DNA from: Antechinus flavipes
Taxonomy: Eukaryota
Reading direction: 5' to 3'
DNA: 64,000 nt
Assembly (NCBI RefSeq): GCF_016432865.1
Contig: NC_067399.1
Location: forward strand, 569,222,001 to 569,286,000
Below the pieces are notes generated by a model that saw nothing but the letters and a program-made list of their open reading frames with translations, was not told where the DNA came from and searched no databases. A program made the translations under genes and the position numbers. Shown here in pieces: positions 25,504 to 38,140 of this stretch (position 1 is the stretch's first letter; each line of letters begins with the position of its first letter).

Positions 25504-25636
25504 TTTACTTTCCTTTATATAAATCCTAGCCTCACTCTGGTAGGTTGCCCTTCTCCCTCAAGGAGAAAGCCTTCAAGGTGCCCTTACCCCCAAATAAGTA
25601 CCCAAATAAGTGTCCTTACTTCATTTGGAGATGTTT

Positions 25637-26744
25637 TGATGAGATCTTGAGTAATAGTTGGGGCTGGCCAAGAAAGACTAAAGTACTGATAAAATTATTC
25701 CCTGAGGTTAAGCAAGGAAGTGAACCTATTCAATCATACTGTCCCATGCTAGTGGAAATTTTGGGTAACTCCACCTCCACCTTATTGTTTCCAAATCAGA
25801 AAGTCAAGTTAAGATGTCAAACTCCCCAAAGTTAAATTTCCTCTACAAATCTGCTCATGGCCTATGTCATCTTTGCTGAATGCCTTTTGGATTAATCATC
25901 CACAGCATTCTGCCTTGTGGTGTCTTTCCTCTCATTCCTCTTCCATGCCTTATGATGTCTTTCTCCTTGTTAGAACTCATTCTTTTAGGTACTAAACTTC
26001 TGTATGGATTTAGCCTGCCAGTCTATGGTGTACTCCCACCTCATGGAGTATTCCCTCTTTCCTGGTTGTGAGTTCTCCTGGGGGACTTGTCTTTTCCATT
26101 GTTAATTGGTAAAAACCACTTTCCTATACCTCAACAATGATACTGTTAGAGGATGTATTCTGATGGAAGTGGATCTCTTCGATAAAGAGAGCTAATTCAG
26201 TTTCAATTGATCAAAGATGGGCAGAAGCAGCTACACCCAAAGAAAGAACACTGGGAGATGAATATAAACTGCTTGCATTTTTGTTTTTCTTCCCGGGTTA
26301 TTTATACCTTCTGAATTCAATTCTCCCTGTGCAATAAGAAAACTGTTCGGTTCTGCACACATATATTGTATCTAGGATATACTGTAACCTATTTAACATG
26401 TAAAGGACTGCTTGCTATCTGGGGGAAGGGGTGGAGGGAGGGAGGGGAAAAATCGGAACAGAAGTGAATGCAAGGGATAATGCTGTAAAAAATTACCCTG
26501 GCATGAGTTCTATCAATAAAAAGTTATTAAAAAAAAAAAAAACACTTTCCTTGCTAACTATAAGCTCTCCCAAATCTATTTTATATTTACCACTCCTGTG
26601 GTATTTTACCTCTTCATTTTGTCTCTTACTTCTTAAATAATAAATAAATAAATCTGCCTCTTGACAATGAGAAAGCCTTTTGTGAATTCCTCATGTGTGA
26701 ATTGAAATACTATAATTTGGTGTCAGTTGCCCTCAGCCTCATCA
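25637..26744 (+). mobile_element. Solo LTR (ERV1-like family A) containing a nested L1 stub
   Basis: Termini TGATGAG...CTCATCA (7-bp inverted repeat). Perfect 4-bp TSD GTTT (25633-25636, 26745-26748). AATAAA near 26643. Homologous to the 41.2, 44.0 and 58.2 kb copies. Confidence 0.85.
26126..26542 (+). mobile_element. Young L1 3' stub (~417 bp) nested in the LTR
   Basis: Same young 3' UTR family with A tail. TSD core cactttcct (26117-26125, 26543-26551). Confidence 0.88.
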
Positions 26745-27248
26745 GTTTGAGCCTGAATTCTTTCAGAGATGACACCCAAACCCATACTCCAACATCTTTG
26801 ACTTAACACCAAGATACTATCCTACTGGAGGTAGGATGGCTTGGGTGGCTTAGGAAACGCTTTCTCAAAGAGTTGGTGCATTTCAGGGACTCCTAGGAAA
26901 GACCAGTCAATTCACAATTCAAAGTCTTTTCTTTTCACCTAAGGTTTGAGAAAGGTGAACAGAGAGAGAACTATGGAGACTGAATATAAATTGAAGCATC
27001 ATAGTATTTTCGTTTTTTATTTGTTTGTTTTTCATCATTTTTTTCCCTTTTGGTCTGATTTTTCTTGTACAACATAACAAATATGGAAATATGTTTAAAA
27101 GAATTACACATATTTAACCTATATCAGATTATTTGCTGTCTTGGGGAAGTGGTAGGTTAGGAAGAACAGGAGAAAAATTGGAACACAAAGACTTAGAAAA
27201 ACAAATGTTAAAAACTATCTCTACATGTATTTGGAAAACACATTGTTG

Positions 27249-27400
27249 AATTATTATTATTATTATTTTATTAATTTGCTGAGACAATTGGGGTTAAGTG
27301 ACTTGCCCAGCGTCAAATAGCTAGGAAGTGTTAAGTGTCTGAGATCAAATTTGAACCCAGGTCCTCCTAACTTCAGAGCTGGTGCTCTATCCGCTGCCCC
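27249..27400 (-). mobile_element. WSINE1-like SINE at the tail of an older L1 3' end (~26950-27245)
   Basis: gagacaattggggttaagtgacttgcccag...aacccaggtcctcctaacttcagagctggtgctctatcc. Further copies at about 4985-5137, 12145-12275, 16515-16640, 16848-16929, 35290-35420 and 60467-60610. Confidence 0.8.
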
Positions 27401-27659
27401 AATTATTGAAAATTTAAAAAAAAAAAAAAAAGAAAGACAACAGCCCAGAGTGATAAATAAGTAGAATTGGAAAGAATCTGGAAAGCAAGCTAATATTTGC
27501 AAAGGTTAAGGAGGAGCCAAAGACAGCCACTGAAAAACCAGAATTGATGTAGTAGGGCAATCATTGATGCCAAAGGTACACCAATATTGTATATCCAATC
27601 ACAGCTTTTTCAAGAATAATCAATGAGAGCAAGAGTGATTTGGGTTTAAGGTTTTAAAC

Positions 27660-28534
27660 TGTAAACCCCAGTGTTTCAGTTGTATGGAATAGAGAGAGAT
27701 AAGGTGAAGAACTTACAGGAATATATGAATTCCTTTTCTGTATTTTATTTTCATTATTTCTGTGTTTCCCCTATGGCCTGTATAATATGTGCAAGCTCAT
27801 ATCTACTTGAGCCTTGGCCAGCTAGAAACATATTTACTTAACCTGAGCTGATGACATTTATTGGTATTTGACATTTATCGATATTTAGTCTATTAGCTGG
27901 ACCACTATCTGCTTGATTAAGTCTGAAGGCCTGACTTTCTGTTTCCTAGAAATCAGGAGATTTCAGGGAAACAGAAACTTTCCATTCCAATCTCCCCAAA
28001 TAGCAACAACCAATTAGATGCCTCCCCCTCCCCTTCTCAATGCTCTTTTACTTGTGATGTAATTTCTTGTATAAAAGCTATGTATCTTTACTACTTCTTT
28101 AGCCTTCCTACTGCAAGCTTTCACTTTCTTTTTTTTCTTTTTTCTTTTTTAATAACTTTTTATTGATAGAACTCATGCCAGGGTAATTTTTTACAACATT
28201 ATCCCTTGCATTCACTTCTGTTCCGATTTTTCCCCTCTCTCCCTCCACCCCCTCCCCCAGATGGCAAGCAATCCTTTACATGTTGAATAGATTACAGTAT
28301 ATCCTGGATACAATATACGTGTGCAGAACTGAACAGTTTTCTTGTTGCACAGGGAGAATTGAATTCAGAAGGTATAAATAACCCGGGAAGAAACCAAAAA
28401 TGCAGAGCTTTCACTTTCTTATCTCACAATAGGATGGCTCATCCTCCAGAGGTTTTCAATAAACAACTTTTCTGCCTTCTATTGAGTGATCTCTGAGTAG
28501 TCATTTTGGGTAAGGGTCTTCCTCATCCCTCACA
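27660..28534 (+). mobile_element. Solo LTR (second family) with CCAAT, TATA and poly(A) signals, interrupted by an antisense L1 stub
   Basis: Starts TGTAA and ends CCCTCACA. CCAAT 28010-28014, TATAAAA 28070-28076, AATAAA 28458-28463. No TSD resolved, so the boundaries are approximate. Confidence 0.6.
28131..28405 (-). mobile_element. Young L1 3' stub (275 bp)
   Basis: Poly-T plus reverse-complement 3' UTR. Perfect 15-bp TSD agctttcactttctt (28116-28130, 28406-28420). Confidence 0.92.
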
Positions 28535-31500
28535 CAGTGATCAAAATTTACATTCCTCTGGGCAAGGCAAATACAAGTAAGTATGATACCCTATGTGGAC
28601 AGAGGGAAGGGAAGGGCATGAAGAAAGAATAGAAAAGTTTGTTGTCAAATTGGCCAGTTGCAAATGAGTCCCTAGTGGGGCAGCTCCTACTCCTACTCAA
28701 AAAGGTTGCTGTTTGTCCTTCAGTAACATTAGGGAGGTGAAGCCATGATATGCAAATGAGTTGGATTTAAGTAAGGGAGGTTTATAGCAAAGTCAACAGT
28801 ATCACTTTCTCCTTCAGAGCCATCTGAGTCCAGTGACAAGATATAGATCAGGACATGGTCCTCTTTGAGAACAAAGGACAAACAACAACAGTAACAGGTA
28901 ATAGTACAGTATAAAATATTACCCTAATTCAGGCCATCTTTACTTCTCATTTAGAGTATGGCAAAGGCCTCCTAACTGGTCTCCCTGCTTCAAATATCTC
29001 TCCAATCCATTTCTTCTACCATACTACTACTAAAGAGATTTTCCTTAAGCTTAGATCAGACTATATTACTCTCGTATCATTAAAATTCAGTAGCTCCCCA
29101 TTGCCTCTAGGATCAAATATAAATTCTTCTGTTTGATTTGTAAAGTCCTTTACAACTATCTTTCCAGCTTCATTATATATTATTTCAATTTTCCCAGTGT
29201 ATAATCTAGTCAGAAAATGGTTTTTTCTCTTTCTCCCACAGCTTTATCCCAGAGATAGCAAGCTGACCTTGGATTAAGGAAGACTAAAATTCTAAGTCTT
29301 GCTACACACATTATGTATAAAGACTTTGTCTAGGCCACTTAACTCTTTCATTCAGGATTCTCTGCCTCTTTAGGGACTTGATCTCCCCAGTGGTGAGTTT
29401 CTACAGTGGTCTATTATATCTAGCTGGCCTCCTTTCACACCATTATTTTTGTCTCTAATACCACTCTTCTCTATCACCCTTCACCTCTTCATCTTGCATT
29501 GCTGTCTTGTTCAGAAATCAAATCAATATTGCCCTTGCTACTACAAAGGGATCCCTTCACCATACCTGTAATATCTGAAACCAAAATACCCCTACCTGAC
29601 TATCTATATAATATTACTTTTTCTTATTAAAATATGTGGCAGGTGCTTTCATTTTTTGTGTTTGTATCTCAGCCTTTAAGCACAGTGCTTGGTAAAATGT
29701 ATATATGTTCAGTGTGTTTTCATTCATTCTAAAACTATAAATTACAAATAATTTGCCAGATCTTCCCTGGAACAGAGAGTTTCTAAATCAAGTCAAGACA
29801 ACCAACATTTATTAAGCAATACTATGTGCCAGGCATTGTACTGCATTGTAGATATACAAATACAAGCAGAAAAAGACAGACCCTGTCCTCAAGAAGCTTA
29901 CATTCTAATGGGGGAAGATACCACATAAAAGGAAGCTAAAAGGTTAGGGGTGAGAGCAGGTAGTACTGTGAAGGTACACACCTAAAGCACGATAAAAAGA
30001 GGCCAGAGTGAAGCCCAGAGAGGTGTGGATTGGGCATTCTCCTTAAAATGGAAGGAATTGGTTTATCTGAGGGAGAGGCTGTGAGATATGAGTATTTCCT
30101 GTGGGTTAAGACTGTGGGTGGAATTAACTTCAAGGGTAAAGAGGTTTTTTAACATGATAGAGAAAGATTTGACAGTGAGGAATACAGCCTAAAGCTTCCT
30201 GCTCTAAAGAAACTAGATGTGTTATACTTTAACATATTTAACATGTATTGGACTACTTGCCATCTAGGAGAAGGGGGGGGGGGGGGAGGGGAAGAAGGGG
30301 AAAAGTTGGAACTCTGTCTACCTCAGTGTACAACTGATGTAGTAGTTAGAGTCAGGAACCTGAGTCAGTAATATCCAAGTTCAAATTCAATCTGACTTTT
30401 ACTACTTGTGTAATCCTGGTTGAGATGAGTTATTGCAGTTGGAGAATTCTTTCACTCTATTGCCTATTTTCCCATGTAGACATCTGATTTCCGTTTTGCT
30501 GCAATTTGGACAAACGAGTTTCTTTGCTATTCACTGTGTGGGGTCATCATGGAACTGGTACTTGGTGGGAAAGGGGTCAAGCATTAGATATAGGGTTTGA
30601 GGTCTTCCTTTCCCCCCAATAATAACAGTGATTAAAAGTCAGATTGAACCTAATCATGTCCCCTAGACTAAAAATATTTAAAGAAACAGAGATCATTCTA
30701 TCCTGCTATTCTCCTCTTTCTGAGGAGAGTTGAGTAGTTTCCAGCCCCAACTTTCTGGTCCTCCTCCTGGCAGGAATGAGAATCTTCTTTGGAAAAGAGA
30801 GTTGAGGGAGGCACTGAAGAGGTTAGAAATATCTATTATACCTTCCTTAAAGTCACACAATGACATCCCTTGCCAAAGAGATGGGTCACAATATACAGAG
30901 AGAGATAGAAAATGTCTCAATTTAGGGGGAAAAACTAGCCAAAACCTCCCTAATATCTTGCAAAAATAAGTGAACAGAAATTATATTCCTATAGACAGTG
31001 TTCCCCAATAAATGATACAAAGTACTCCAAGTGAGGAACTCCCTCTGCCAATATAGCATGGCACCCTCTCTGCAACTTAAAAAGGACTCCTCAAAACTTC
31101 ACATCAGTGTCACACAGCCAGTATGTGTCAAAGGGGAAACTTGAATTCAATTCTTACTCCAAATCTACTCTCCATCCGTTGTACCACTTTATTTCTCATT
31201 TGAAGTTTTAAATAAGTTAATTCATTTATTACAGGGCAGGGAAGAATGGAGGCCGGGGAGATTCATTGCATATAATCTTAAATTTTAAAAAGTTTAAGTA
31301 CTTAAGGAATAAAGTCTTTGCTCATGACACTCTGCGAAGATGATAAAAACTGCCCCTTGGTCCTGTGTAGCCTCTTTCAGCTTCAGTGGTGATGGTGTCA
31401 GAGTGGCCAAAACTTATGTAGAACATAGTAATAATAATAACTAACTTTTTATAAGCACCTTAAAGTTTGCAAAATGTTTTACATATAACATCTCACTTGA

Positions 31501-33779
31501 AATTTCATATGAACCTCATAACAACTCTATGAAGTAGGTGCCATTATTGTTATTCTCATTTTAGAGATGAAGAAACTAAGTTTGAGAGAGGCTAAATGAC
31601 TTGCCCAGAATCATTTATCTGATAAATGTCCGAGGAGAAATTTAAACTCAGGTCTTCCTGATTCCAAGTCTACTCATCATGCCATCTACTATGCCATCTA
31701 CAAATTTTTTGTTTGTTTATCTTTGAATCATCTATAAACATTCATTTAGCTGTTGGAACTCTGAACACAAGAGCTGCATTCATTGACCAGCAAGTTAATC
31801 CACAACCAGAGACATAACTATGTCGACATTTTCTCTATTATTGAAACCCTGGAAAGCAAAACAAATCTAAAGGGAAAGATAGTTTGTAAGCTTTCTTAGA
31901 AGAGACAAATAAAGAGTTATTAGAATTAAATTCAGTGGGTGCTCACCAACAAGAAGAAACATCATTTGATAGGACACTTGATTATCTTACTTTGTAGTAA
32001 ACAGATGAGAATTCATAAGGGGTCCACCACTAGGATAATTGTAACTTTTACATCAACATTTGTTGCAGAGAGTAGAGTTGCAGAGAATTTAACATCCTTC
32101 TCTACTCCAAAAATTAACTCAAACTCTGCCTTGATGTTCAATGTCTTTAATACAAATGTCAAATGTAGATAGGGAGATTGGCTCTTCCTATGTAATATAA
32201 GTCTTCTTAGATAAATAGCTATATATGTCTTCTATAGATAAATAGCTATATAGATACATAGATACATATATATGTTGATACTTTTATATATGTATTTATA
32301 AATAATTAAATATATATATATAATGAACATATGAGTCAGGATTATGAGATAGAAGAAGCCAAAAGTTTATGGATTACTTAGAAGTCATAACCTGCTTATC
32401 ATTAATATTTTTTTCAAGAAGAGAATCAGGACCCAGAACATTCTTGAAATGGCATACACTGAGCAAAAGCTTAATTTCATATTTCATAATTCTTATCTTC
32501 ACAGAAAGGAAGAACTTGCTACACAAAGAAGACATTTCATAATCAATTGTTCATGTTCAACCAGATCACTGGGCCATTTATACAGAAAAGTTAAAATTTA
32601 TGTAAAATTGTTTTAAAAAGAATAAGGTGAGAGCAAAACATGGTGTGAAATCTTAACAGGTCTAACTAGACAAATTTTTTTTCTTCTTTTTTTTTTTGTA
32701 TAAAAAGAGACAGGTTTTGAAATAGTGTACAATTAGTCTGTGAAGGAAATCAAAAATGCAGGTGGACAAAAGAACAACAAAATTTCATATTTCATAATTT
32801 TATCTTCACAGAAAGGAGGAACTTGCTACACAAAGAAGAAATAATCATATTATGAAAGATTTTCATAATCAATTGTTCATGTTCAACCAGATCACTGGGC
32901 CATTTATACAGAAAAGAACAACAAAAAATAACCCATCTCAAACAGAAAATAGTTGATCTTGTTAATCATAGTGGCTGCTGCTTATACAACCATGTCCAAC
33001 TCTTCATGACCCCATTTGGGGCTTTCTTGGTGAAGATACTAGAGTGGTTTGCCATTTCCTTCTCCAGCTCATTTTATAGATGAAAAAACTGAGGCAGACA
33101 GGGTTAAGAGACTTTCCCAGAATCACACCAATAGTAAAATGTCTAAGGACAGAGGCTCAGAGCTCTATCCATTGAGTCATCTAGGTGCTCTAATTATAAT
33201 GGCAAAAAATCCCAAAATAACATAGATTTAGCATTACAAGTTATTTGATAGCAAAATGATAGATGATAGATAAGATCCTTTCACAAAATAGTAAAAAAAC
33301 ATTAAGAGGGAAAACAAGTTTGAAACTTGGTATGAGATCCAAGAAAACCAAAGTATCCTTGAGAACAGTTATAAACGAATCTAGAAGGACATAATTGTGA
33401 AATGAAACAGATCTTTTAACGTTTCCATAGCAATCTGTTCCCATGATTGGCCACATGTGCAAGCAAAAATAACATATGAGCAAAGTCAGGAAAAGGGCCT
33501 GGATCTGGCCAAATGCATGTGGAGAAAATCTGTATGGAGTGATGCAAAATTTCAAAGACACTCAGGAATTAATTTTCAAGATAATCTCAAAACGAGGGAA
33601 ATTCCAAGAGAATGAAAAGATCAGGGACAGTTTTAGTATAAAAAGGCAAAAGTGAAAACATCAGCAACTATGAAACCATATGTCCAGTTGTTTGCAACAG
33701 AAATTACAGTTTCATGTCTATTAATTCTTTATGAGAATCATCTGTGCCCATGTTAGGTATACTTGATAAAATTATAACT

Positions 33780-35210
33780 AAGGGACAGGTTTTCTTAGGC
33801 AATTTTCTAAATAGACTGTCTCTTGTTGGATACATAGTGAATCAACAAAGCAACATGGTAACCCCTCCAAAAAAATGCTACTCTAATATGAATTGCAAGA
33901 GGGGCAGGACTCAGCACACAGTAATAGTTGTGTTGTATAGTTGGTCAGCTAGTCAGATCCTATTTATCTGATGTTTTGTCTCTCTTTTTTTTAATAATAG
34001 CTTTTTATTTTCAAAACACTCGCAAAGACAGAATTCAACACTTATTCTAGCAAAACCCTATGTTCTAAACTTTTCTCTCTCCCCTCCCCCCATCATCCTC
34101 TCTCAGACAGAAAGCAATCCAACATAGGTCAAACAGGCAGCTCCTCCATATCACCACATCTACCATGCTGAACAAGAAAAATCAGACCAAAAAGAAAAAA
34201 AAAAAAAAGAGAGAGAGAGAGAAAATACAAAAAGCAAGCAAACAACAACAAAAAAGGTGAAAATACCATGTTGTGATCCACATTCAGTCCCCATAGTTCT
34301 CTCTCTCCATCACAAGTCTATTGAAATTGATCTGAATCATTTCATTTGATATATTGTCTTTAATTTTGGGTGTCACAGTTTTAAAAGGATCATGACTAGA
34401 TGAATAATATCCAGAGGTACGTAACCAGGATGGTGAAGGAGCATCAAGATCATACCATATGAGGGTCCATGAAGCAATGAGGAACTTTTAGCCCAGAAAG
34501 AAAAGACTTGAGAAAACATGATAACTTTCCTCAAAAATTTGAAGGCCTATCATATGAAGAATAGATTAGATTTGTCCTATTTAGCCCCAGAGGAGGAAAG
34601 TAAGCAATTTGTAGAAACTACAAAGAAAAAAACGAGCTCTATGAAAGGAAAGAATTCTTTTTTTCCTCAATAATATTTTATTTTTCCAAGTACACGTAAA
34701 GATAGTTTTCAATATTTAATTTTGTAAGACTTAATGTTCCAAATTTTTCTCCCTTCCTCTCCTAACTTCTCTCTCTCCAAGACAGCAAGCAATCTGACAG
34801 CTAAATATATGTAATTCTTTTAAATATATTTCCATAATTGTCATACTGTATTAAAAAAAAAAATCAGACCAAAAGGGAAGAATCCTGAGAAAGAAAAAAA
34901 AAAACAAAGCAAAACAAACAAAAAAGATGAAAATACAATACTCTGATCACTTTCAGTTTCCATAGTTCTATCTCTGGATGTGGATGGCATTTTCCATCTG
35001 AAGTCTATTGGAATTGTCTTGTTTCATTGTATTGTTGAGAAGAGCCAAGTTAAGGGGAGAATTTTAACACCACCCCCCCTCTGGGGTTCTTCAAGTAAAG
35101 GATAGAGAGCTGCTTTGAGGGCATGTTATAGAGAAGATTCTTATTCAATTTGGAAGACTAAAGGATTTCTAAAATCCTTTCCAGTTTTAAGATCTTACAA
35201 TTCTGTGATA
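33780..35210 (+). mobile_element. Ancient CR1/L3 LINE 3' relic, split by two minus-strand L1 3' ends (~33985-34340 and ~34660-35050)
   Basis: Degenerate CR1 ORF2-end motifs (ttttgggtgtcacagttttaaaagga, accaggatggtgaagga, tagcccagaaagaaaagacttgag, tcttcaagtaaaggatag). Confidence 0.65.
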
Positions 35211-37754
35211 ATTAACTGAGTGGTATAGGAATATAAGATCCTAATTTGTTTGTTGATTCCACAACAGGATTTTTTAAAAGCAAATCTTTTTTTAAAACTA
35301 TCAGGGTTAAGTGACTTATCCAGGGTCACACAGCTATTAAGTATCTGACACTGAATTTGAATTCAGATGCTCCTGCCTCCATGGCTGATCCTCTGTTCAC
35401 TGTGTCACCTAGTTGCCCCTTCATAATAGAATTTGGGAACTTCCAGACAAAAATGGTGATTCATACAGAAGCAAGCAACCTAACACTCCCATATACTGAT
35501 CCCAGCAAAAACCTAAAAGGAACATCAAAACAAATCATTTAGAAAGTCAATGGGAAATTATTTTAAGTGAATTCATCCAATTTAGAAATGCATAAAGAAG
35601 TGAGCCAGAATATCATAGGCAATAGGAAAGTGGGCCTTCCAGAAAAGCAAGCACCAGTATAAGGCAATCAAGGCAGAAACTTCCCAGTGTGACTGGAGAT
35701 TGCCCAAGAGATTTGTAGTCTGCAATGCTCTTTATAGGGACAGAAAAAGCAAAGGCTCCCATGAGAGTACACTAAGGACATAGGACACCCAAAGCACTGA
35801 CCTTGGAAGCAAAAGGGAGTGGCAATAACTAGTGGAACTGAGACATTCCAGGTCCAGAAACTCCAACATCTCTTCCACTCTGTTCAGAGATGCTATGGAA
35901 GATCCAGTTTTCTAAATCTCAAAGATCCAGTGGTTGGAAAAATTCATTTTTTCCCTTTTGGGTTTTCTTTTGCAGAGCAAGTTATTGTTTGCCCCTTGGA
36001 ATGCTGAATTTCCAAATCTCTTTTCATCTATGGTTAAAGCTGCCAAGTCTTATGTGATCCTCAATGTGATTTCTTGGTACTTAAAATGCTTCTTTTTGAC
36101 TATTGTAATAGTTTTTCTTTGAATAAGGAAATGACTTCTAAGATCCTTCTTCCTCTAAATCTATGTTCTCCTATGTCTGAGAATAAAAAAGCTTCATGAT
36201 CTCAGGAGAATCAGAATCACAAAAACACATGATAGGTATAAACTGTGTCATATTACCAACGATGACTTGTTCAAGAGATGCATATAAAAGGAAAAAAGAA
36301 GCTAAATGGCATGGAAAGTGCTGGACTTGGAATCAAGAAGACCTGAGTTCAAATTCTGCTTCAAATCCTTACAGGATATGTGCTCCTGAATAAGTTGCTT
36401 GTCCTATCAGTTTCAGTTTTCTCATCTGTAAAATGGGGAAAGAATAGCACTTAATTCACAGGGTTGTTATGAGGATCAAATGAGATAACATAAAGTGCTT
36501 TGCAATCTTAAATTACTACATAAGTGCAAGCAATGATGATAATGATCATGAGCAATTCATATAGGTCTCTAAATCTTAGTTTTCCCATTTGTAAAATTAG
36601 GCTCCTAACATCTACAGTACTTATCTCACAGGGTTTCTATGAGGAATAAATAAGTAACAAATACCAACTATTATTATGAAAGAAATTATCAAGGAAATGT
36701 ATGGACTGGAAGAGGAAGGTCAGTCATGCAGTGAAATTAAGGGATAATAGATAAAGAACCTTAATCTTGCAAGGAATGCTAAAAGGCCAGGAGGAAGATA
36801 TCCAGGGCATTGGGTTGGTTCTCCATGAAGAAATTAGGGAAAAGCATTGAAACAAATTGCATAATATAGGCAGGTAAAGATAAACTGCAATGCACATTGC
36901 TTGAGGAAGCACCAGCATCATGAGATATGAGATTCTCTATTCCAGGGAAATATAAAAATGTAAATCCTCACAAGAATGAATTTCAGCGACAAGGAAAATT
37001 TGCTTAAAGAAGGAACATGCTCGCTCCCCAGCTATGCTGAATAAGTGAGGCAATGATGCACCATTATTATGAGAAAAGAGAGAGTACTCACCATTTGGAA
37101 AGCACATCAAGGTTTGCAAAGCCCTTTCCTCATAGCAAACCTGCAAGACAGATATTGCAAAGGTTATTATTCTTACCTTATAGAAGAGAAACAATGAATT
37201 TAAGTGACTTGTACATGGTGACATAGTAAATGTCTGAATGAAGATTCAGCCCCAGGTCTCCTGATTCCCCAAGTCCAATACTCATATGAATATAGATTTA
37301 GAACTGGAAGGGACCTTAAAGGTCATCAAATCCAACCCCCAAAGAAATTGTAAATAGATTTGATACTGTGAGAGTTACTGGGATCAGAAAGAATTGGTTG
37401 TTGCTGCTGTTTTGTCATTTTCACTTGTGTCTTACTCTTTGTGACTCTTTTGACATTTTCTTGGCAAAGATATCAGTAATTTTCCATTTCCTTCTCCAGC
37501 TCATTTTACAGACGGAACTGATACAAACAAGGTTTGACTTGTCTGATCACATACCTAGTAAATATCTGAGGCCATATTCAAATTCAGGTTTTCCTGACTC
37601 TAGGCTCAGCACTCTATCCACTGAGCCACTCAAACATCCAAAAAAGAATGCTTAAATATTGCTATTCCTTTGGTTTTCCCTAATTCTGTAATTTAAAAGT
37701 TCTGGGTGGTATTCATACTAACTTCCATAGAAGCATTCAAAGTTCAAGAATCTA

Positions 37755-38140
37755 CTCTCTGCTCTTTGTCCTTTGTTCTCAAGGAGGACCATGACATCAG
37801 GGAGATGGTGCCATGACATGCAAATGTATTGGATGTAAAAAAAGGAAGGCTGTGCAAGGTCACCTGCCTCACTTTCTCCTCTAAAGCCATCTGGGCCCAA
37901 TGGCCAGAAATATAGATCAGGAGGATTAAAGATGTTGCTGTATGCAGTGGGAGACCTTGGCTTTTTTAAGCTAAGGTTTTTAATAGGTCTCAGTTTGCTT
38001 GATAATGCCAATCAATGATTAAGACTAGGTGTGTATCCAGCTACACACGAAAGAATTCATAAGTGCTGCAATTTCTTTGGCTCTCCCTGAGTTTGTAATT
38101 AAAAGATTCTGGATAGTACCCATAGTAATTTCTACCACAG
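37755..38140 (+). mobile_element. Marsupial interspersed repeat (Mar3/MdoRep1-like; family name uncertain)
   Basis: ttgtcctttgttctcaaggaggaccatgacatc...agccatctgggcccaatggccag motif, with a related fragment at ~28705-28860. Flanked by a perfect 22-bp direct repeat (37733-37754, 38141-38162). Confidence 0.65.

Noticed and set aside
31740-33700. Pseudo-coding-looking unique tracts (31.9-32.2 kb and 33.24-33.7 kb, including a 106-aa ORF)
   Set aside because: No recognisable protein family, and splice sites are absent.
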